Shown: piece by piece, positions 58,886 through 64,000 of the stretch | How positions within the stretch are numbered: position 1 is the stretch's first letter | Layout: every line of letters begins with the position of its first letter | NCBI GenBank assembly: GCA_963815095.1 | Contig: CAWFFH010000003.1 | Location: 320,001-384,000, forward strand | Direction of reading: 5' to 3' | DNA: 64,000 nt | From: Candidatus Bathyarchaeota archaeon | GTDB lineage: Archaea > Thermoproteota > Bathyarchaeia > Bathyarchaeales > Bathycorpusculaceae | Made by a program: the position numbers and the translations under genes | Notes under the pieces: generated by a model | Database searches by the model: none | What the model saw: the letters and a program-made list of their open reading frames with translations, nothing else | What the model was told of the DNA's origin: nothing

Positions 58886-60820
58886 ATGGTTAAGCTACCC
58901 AGCCAAGTCACCGAATATTTTCCCTACGACAAAGTCCGACCACACCAAGACGAATTCATAAGCACCGTCTACAACGCCGTAGCCAACAGACGCTCAGTTC
59001 TAATTGAAGGCAGCAACGGCTTAGGAAAAACAATCAGCGCACTCTCAGCCGTGTTGCCCATAGCCATCGAAAAAAAACTCAAAATCCTCTATGTAGCTCG
59101 AACCCACCGCCAACATGACCGCGTTATAGAAGAACTACGAGCCGTTTTTCGAAAACACCAAGTTTCAGGACTATCCATTCGTGGGCGCAACGAAATGTGC
59201 CTTAACGTTTTCGCGGCTAAAGGAGCATTCGATTCGAAGTCGCTTATGGAAGTCTGTGAACTACTAAAAGCCAAAAGCAGATGCCCCTACTACACCAATG
59301 TAGAACAACGCACGTATGATTATTTGCAGCTTCAACAGCAAGTAGCCAGTCGTCCTTACATGGGGTCCGAAATCCAGCGGATCTGCAAGAAAAAAGAAGT
59401 ATGCCCATACGAACTAGTAAAAGCTGGACTCTCAGACGTAAAAGTCATAGCCCTAAGCTACCTCTACGTTTTCGACCCCGCCATCCGCACAGCTTTCCTC
59501 AAAAACTTGGAAACAGAACTACAAAAAATAATCCTAATCGTCGATGAAGCGCATAATTTGCCTGAAACCGCAATCAGCATCTCAGGCAGCACCCTCTCAC
59601 TATTTGTCATGAGGGCTGCAGAAATGGAAGCAAACCGATTCGGCAACAAAGACATCGAAGAATTCGCGCATTTCTTTAGAACTGAAGTAGAAAAAATAAC
59701 AGATAAAATAAGCCGAGAAGAAATAATTTCTGCAAACAGCATCATCGAAATCATTCAAAAACAAGGGAACATCCCTCGTCCCAGGGAATTCTTTGAACAC
59801 ATGCACGAAGCGGGCGCCACTATCAGGAAAACCTTGTTAGCTGAAGGCAAAAATCCTCGATCCTATGTTCATGCGATGAGTGAGTTTTTGCTCAAATGGG
59901 TTGACACTCTAGAAGATGATTCCTTCATTAACGTTGCAAGCCGATATTTCAACAAAGAAAATAACAAGACAGCAAAACTCGAAATTGTTGCGCTTGACCC
60001 TTCAAAGGTTACGCAGCCAGTTTTCTCGTCCACCTATGCTAACGTTATAATGTCGGGAACACTTCAGCCATTAGAAGCTTTTGCACGAATAACACGACTC
60101 CCAGAAAGCACGGTAAAGTTTCTTGCACCCTCGCCGTTTCCAAAAGAGCACGTTTTCTCTGCTGTCTGCTGTGGCGTCACAACTTCCATGGAAAAGAGAA
60201 CATCACAGATGTACCAAACCATGGTTGAACGCATAAACGAAGTTGTAAACAGCACCCCAACTAACACAGGCATCTTCACCGCATCTTTCCAAGTTCTAAA
60301 CTCCTTGCTGGATGAAGGCTTAGAAAATGCTCTCTTAAAACCCCTTTTCCACGAACGCAAAGGCATGACCTCTAAAGCAAACGAAAAAATGGTCCAAGAC
60401 TTCAAAGCCTGCGGCGACAAAGGAGGCGCAGTTTTTCTGGGTGTTCAGGGCGGGAGGACTTCGGAGGGTGTAGATTTTCCAGGAAACCAAATGAATTCAG
60501 TAATAGTCGTGGGTGTGCCCTATGCAGAACCAACTCCAAGGATTAAAGCACAAATCGAATACTATGAGAAGCGCTTTCCAGGGTTTGGACGCGAATATGG
60601 CTACGTTTTACCGGCAATGAAAAAAGCCTCACAAGCCGCGGGCAGACCTATAAGAACACTTGAAGACCGAGGTGCCATAATATTCTTAGACTACCGTTTC
60701 TCCACAGCTTACTGCAAAAGTTTCTTACCATCATGGATAACAAATGTTATGAAAGTGTTGCCCGACAAAAAAAACGTCTTAGCAACCGAAGTCAGCAATT
60801 TCTTTAGAACTCAATCTTGA
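58886..60820 (+). CDS. XPD/Rad3-family Fe-S DNA helicase
   Basis: G.GKT, Fe-S cluster Cys residues, DEAHN, SGTL, SEGVDF and QAAGR motifs; start placed at ATG 58886 after a GGGGG SD (58856 is possible). Confidence 0.93.
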   Translation: MVKLPSQVTEYFPYDKVRPHQDEFISTVYNAVANRRSVLIEGSNGLGKTISALSAVLPIAIEKKLKILYVARTHRQHDRVIEELRAVFRKHQVSGLSIRGRNEMCLNVFAAKGAFDSKSLMEVCELLKAKSRCPYYTNVEQRTYDYLQLQQQVASRPYMGSEIQRICKKKEVCPYELVKAGLSDVKVIALSYLYVFDPAIRTAFLKNLETELQKIILIVDEAHNLPETAISISGSTLSLFVMRAAEMEANRFGNKDIEEFAHFFRTEVEKITDKISREEIISANSIIEIIQKQGNIPRPREFFEHMHEAGATIRKTLLAEGKNPRSYVHAMSEFLLKWVDTLEDDSFINVASRYFNKENNKTAKLEIVALDPSKVTQPVFSSTYANVIMSGTLQPLEAFARITRLPESTVKFLAPSPFPKEHVFSAVCCGVTTSMEKRTSQMYQTMVERINEVVNSTPTNTGIFTASFQVLNSLLDEGLENALLKPLFHERKGMTSKANEKMVQDFKACGDKGGAVFLGVQGGRTSEGVDFPGNQMNSVIVVGVPYAEPTPRIKAQIEYYEKRFPGFGREYGYVLPAMKKASQAAGRPIRTLEDRGAIIFLDYRFSTAYCKSFLPSWITNVMKVLPDKKNVLATEVSNFFRTQS

Positions 60821-61896
60821 ACTTCCTGAAGTTTCTGATTTACCACAACTTTGCCGATGACAATCCTTAAAGGTTTGGCTGAAACTGCAGTTTGAACTTT
60901 GAGCGCTTTTCGAAGTTGATTAACTTCACGTAGCACCCCGATACCTAAAAACTTGGCACCACGACCGGACAAACCAACGAGGATTCCTTTTTCGGGTTCC
61001 TGTTTTTTTGGTATGGCATTTCTGGGTTCGATGGTCACTTGACTTTTGGGGTAGCACTGTAGCTTTGCATTTTTGAGATAACGTGCGTAAGTCATTTCGC
61101 GTATAATCTTACGTTTTTCTGGGGTTCGAGGCTTAAGAGCAAAGGATGGCTCAACCACGAAGATAGGCGTTTCCAAACTTGCTATCAGTGGGGCCAGTTC
61201 ATTTTGCGCTTGAACACCGATTATTACGTCAGGTTTTAGCGCCCTAACCAAGTCAGATTTGTATGTAACCGCTAAGTCACCACTTACCAGACCATCAGTA
61301 TTAATTAAGACAAAATCAACCTGACCTCTCAGAATCTCAGCTTCCATAGCAGTTAAACCTTCAATGGTTTTGGATACTGCTGTTACTGGTGAGATTACTC
61401 CGACAAAAAAAGCGTTTTTCATTTTCAAATTGTGCAGTTCGGGTATTCGTTTAGAAATTAAAGCGTAGCCAACAGTTGCTGATGGACCTATGTCGGATTG
61501 ACCTAAATCTCCATCTAAAACTGCAACCTTACCCTTCCCATCTACTAGCTTGTTTAGTATGTAAGTACAGAGACTACTTTTGCCACTATCAACTGCCCCA
61601 ATAATCATAACAACCACTGGACGCTTTTGCAAACCCAAAATAACTTCAACAGCTTTATCCCATGCAGGCGGATTTGTACTGCCCGTAGTTTCAGCTAGGC
61701 CTGAATTGGCGCCCAATGAAACATCAAAGGTCGATGGTTCATTTATAAAAAAAGGAAGTCGTCTTCCTTCCCGAATCAAAACCCGCTGGGATTCTTTCAT
61801 TTGATACCCAAATACTTCAGCTTTTCCCGAAACAAGCCGTACTGACGCTGGGCCATCAACTAGCATTGTTTTATTGGATTCGATTGTGTGCTTCAA
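60811..61896 (-). CDS. Clp1/Grc3-family polynucleotide 5'-kinase
   Basis: G.VDSGKS, D.DLGQSDIGP and INTDG motifs. Confidence 0.9.
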   Translation of the reverse strand: MKHTIESNKTMLVDGPASVRLVSGKAEVFGYQMKESQRVLIREGRRLPFFINEPSTFDVSLGANSGLAETTGSTNPPAWDKAVEVILGLQKRPVVVMIIGAVDSGKSSLCTYILNKLVDGKGKVAVLDGDLGQSDIGPSATVGYALISKRIPELHNLKMKNAFFVGVISPVTAVSKTIEGLTAMEAEILRGQVDFVLINTDGLVSGDLAVTYKSDLVRALKPDVIIGVQAQNELAPLIASLETPIFVVEPSFALKPRTPEKRKIIREMTYARYLKNAKLQCYPKSQVTIEPRNAIPKKQEPEKGILVGLSGRGAKFLGIGVLREVNQLRKALKVQTAVSAKPLRIVIGKVVVNQKLQEVQD

Positions 61897-62527
61897 TTGT
61901 TTTTCTCCTTGTAAAGATATCTCCGTTTCTCCCAGCTATGCGGATGGCGGAGGAAATATGCCTGACTCCTCTGCTACGCTTATTTTCTTTTAAAGGGTTG
62001 TTAGTTCGAGCCTCGCCTACAACTATTAAGACTACTTGAGGCGACAAAGCATAATCCAGGTCTTCAAGCAAGTCCTTGTAGACTGGAACTCCGTTACCAA
62101 TCTTAACAGATACCTCAGTTACTGTGAAGTTAACGTTTCTGAGTACTTTGTGTATGTTGTTAAGTATTTCTTTAGTGCTAAAGCAATAGCTTCCTCAATA
62201 ACTTTTCCATCTCCCAAAGCAACCAACCCAATTGACGCTCCCGGATCTATGCCGAATCCTATTTTTCTGAGAGCTTCCTTTCCCAAAAGCAACATCTTTA
62301 CTTGTTCCATTAACCTGGTCCAGCTCCTCTTCACTTCTGACAGCCAAAATATTTTCGTGATTTATCAAATGCTTTTCTTATTCGGTTGTTATAACCAACG
62401 TTATCTTGACTGGCACCGATTCTCCGGGAACTAAACTGATGAATGGAATATTTTTTTCCTTTAACTTATTGACCAATAGAAAGTAGGCTTTGCCTTGAAC
62501 TGTAGCGACAGCAACTTTTTCTTTCAT
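61871..62527 (-). pseudogene. Disrupted RNase H-fold (GIDPG) conserved archaeal protein
   Basis: MKEKVAVATVQGKAYF...TTE*EKH.. / GIDPGASIGLV..GDG / V.IGNG...E...RH..SAIRIA; one in-frame TAA and two frameshifts. Confidence 0.75.
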
Positions 62528-62594
62528 AAAGCAACCTTAAAGTATACGTTTAAGTGCAAATCACATAATTAGTTTTAAGTTAACAATCCTTGAC

Positions 62595-63296
62595 GTGAAG
62601 AGCATGGCGATAATCCAGACAGGAAGCAAATGCATTGACAACACCATAGGCGGAGGTATCTCGCCAGAAACGGTCACGTTAATTTACGGTGAACCTGAAA
62701 CTGGAAAAACAACTCTTGCAATGCAGTGCGCAGTAAACTGTGCTCTCGAGAACTTTAAGGTGCTCTTTGTCGACTGCGATAACAGTTTCTATGCCAAAAG
62801 GCTCTCTCAAATTGCAAAAGACCAGTTTGATACGATAGCTGAACGAATTATTTTAGTTAAGCCTAAGGATTTTAAGGAGCAAACTATACTCATCGACAAT
62901 ATCCAAGATTATACAGCCAATGTGGGCTTGATTTTAATTGACACTTTCACTTCGCTTTATGGGGCAAAAGTCTGCGAAAACTCAGGCAAAGCGTTTGGTA
63001 TTAATCGGGAATTAAACAGGCAACTAGCTATTTTGGCGCAAGTAGTGAAGATAAAAAAAATCCCAGTCTTAATAACAAGCCAGGTACGCAGCGTATTCAC
63101 CGATGAGTGTACAAGCGTTAGACCTGTGGCAACTCGTGTTTTGAAGTTCTGGGCAGATACCATAATCGCCTTAAAACCCACTCAGAATCCTCAAACAATC
63201 AAGGTGGTTGTGGAGAAAGCACGGGAAATCGAGCAAGACGTAACGTGTTATGTACAAATAGGGGAACCTGGAATACAAGATACACAATCGCCCTGA
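62595..63296 (+). CDS. radB: RadB-like RecA-family ATPase
   Basis: TG...D..IGGG, YGEPETGKT, LIDTFT.LY and TSQV motifs; no N-terminal HhH domain. Confidence 0.82.
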   Translation: MKSMAIIQTGSKCIDNTIGGGISPETVTLIYGEPETGKTTLAMQCAVNCALENFKVLFVDCDNSFYAKRLSQIAKDQFDTIAERIILVKPKDFKEQTILIDNIQDYTANVGLILIDTFTSLYGAKVCENSGKAFGINRELNRQLAILAQVVKIKKIPVLITSQVRSVFTDECTSVRPVATRVLKFWADTIIALKPTQNPQTIKVVVEKAREIEQDVTCYVQIGEPGIQDTQSP

Positions 63297-63303
63297 CGCA
63301 TGG

Positions 63304-63816
63304 TTGAACCCAATGGATATAGCCCTGATAATTGTTGAAGCCTTAAAGTTTATTTTCCCAGCTTACTGTGCCAACGGGACACCAGTGCTTGCGGGCGGCG
63401 GAACAAAGATGGATTTCGGGAGGAACTTTATGGATGGCAAACGAGTTTTCGGGAACAACAAGACCTTCCGAGGGTTCTTTTTCGGCTGGGGAGTCGGCAT
63501 AGCGGTTGGGTTAATGGAAGGGTTTACTTTTGGTTTTCAAAATTACCCAGTACTGTTTGCGTTGCTTATTCCCTTAGGAGCTCTTTTGGGTGATTTAACC
63601 GGTGCATTCATAAAACGAAGGTTAAGCATTGCACCAGGCGGTTTACTTCCAATTGTTGACCAAATTGATTTTGTGGTTGGCGCTGTTGTGTTTTCGCTTC
63701 CATTAGCTTTGATTGGGTGGGAAGTTGCAGCAACGGTTTTGTTGATTACGCCCCCAATTCACCTGTTCACCAACTTTTTAGCGTATAAACTGAAGTTGAA
63801 GAGGCATCCTTGGTAG
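63304..63816 (+). CDS. carS: CDP-archaeol synthase
   Basis: PAY.AN..PV, DG.R.FG..KT.RG, GDL..AFIKRR and DQ.DF motifs. Confidence 0.93.
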   Translation: MNPMDIALIIVEALKFIFPAYCANGTPVLAGGGTKMDFGRNFMDGKRVFGNNKTFRGFFFGWGVGIAVGLMEGFTFGFQNYPVLFALLIPLGALLGDLTGAFIKRRLSIAPGGLLPIVDQIDFVVGAVVFSLPLALIGWEVAATVLLITPPIHLFTNFLAYKLKLKRHPW

Positions 63817-63869
63817 GCTTAAAATTATCAAATTAAAAAACTAGTAAGAATAGGCGAATGAAAAAAAGG

Positions 63870-64000
63870 TTATCGCCCTTGGTTTATCTTGAAAGCAATT
63901 GAGCCTTCCAAGAACACGTATGACAATAGTAAGAGTGTTACACCTACTATTAGTAACATATAGGCTTGCCTTGGTTTATATGCGCTCTTTGTGCTTTGGT
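63870..64000 (-). CDS. C-terminal fragment of a membrane protein (possibly OST3/OST6-like)
   Basis: ...QSTKSAYKPRQAYMLLIVGVTLLLLSYVFLEGSIAFKINQGR*; the 5' end lies outside the window. Confidence 0.45.
   Translation of the reverse strand, partial: QSTKSAYKPRQAYMLLIVGVTLLLLSYVFLEGSIAFKINQGR

Overview
Archaeal chromosomal window, most consistent with Bathyarchaeia. This is an inference from the SMC-ScpAB condensin, the UbiD/AcnX archaeal mevalonate genes, a Cren7-like protein, and the secreted PQQ-like beta-propeller family. Bases ~13.7-64 kb are mostly housekeeping: isoprenoid-lipid operon, gltX (frameshifted), srp19, rps8e, smc-scpA-scpB, a multi-PAS two-component locus, a split glutamate synthase operon, PhoU, tRNA-Glu(CTC), thermosome, a pilin/Roadblock module, the rps13-rpoN operon, the exosome/proteasome operon, XPD, Clp1, RadB and CarS. 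Two parts stand out. (1) Bases ~0.5-13.6 kb form an AT-rich accessory island with about 20 small genes, many below the ORF-track cut-off: three paralogous 41-aa Cys/His peptides, a stand-alone C4C4 RING-like protein, two Cren7-like zinc ribbons and a 21-aa Glu/Trp peptide. These are interspersed with four same-strand relics of one GNAT acetyltransferase gene. (2) An Acinetobacter-type bifunctional mannitol-1-phosphate dehydrogenase/phosphatase (MtlD) is inserted between the exosome and ribosomal operons. All family assignments come from reading motifs by eye; no database searches were run.
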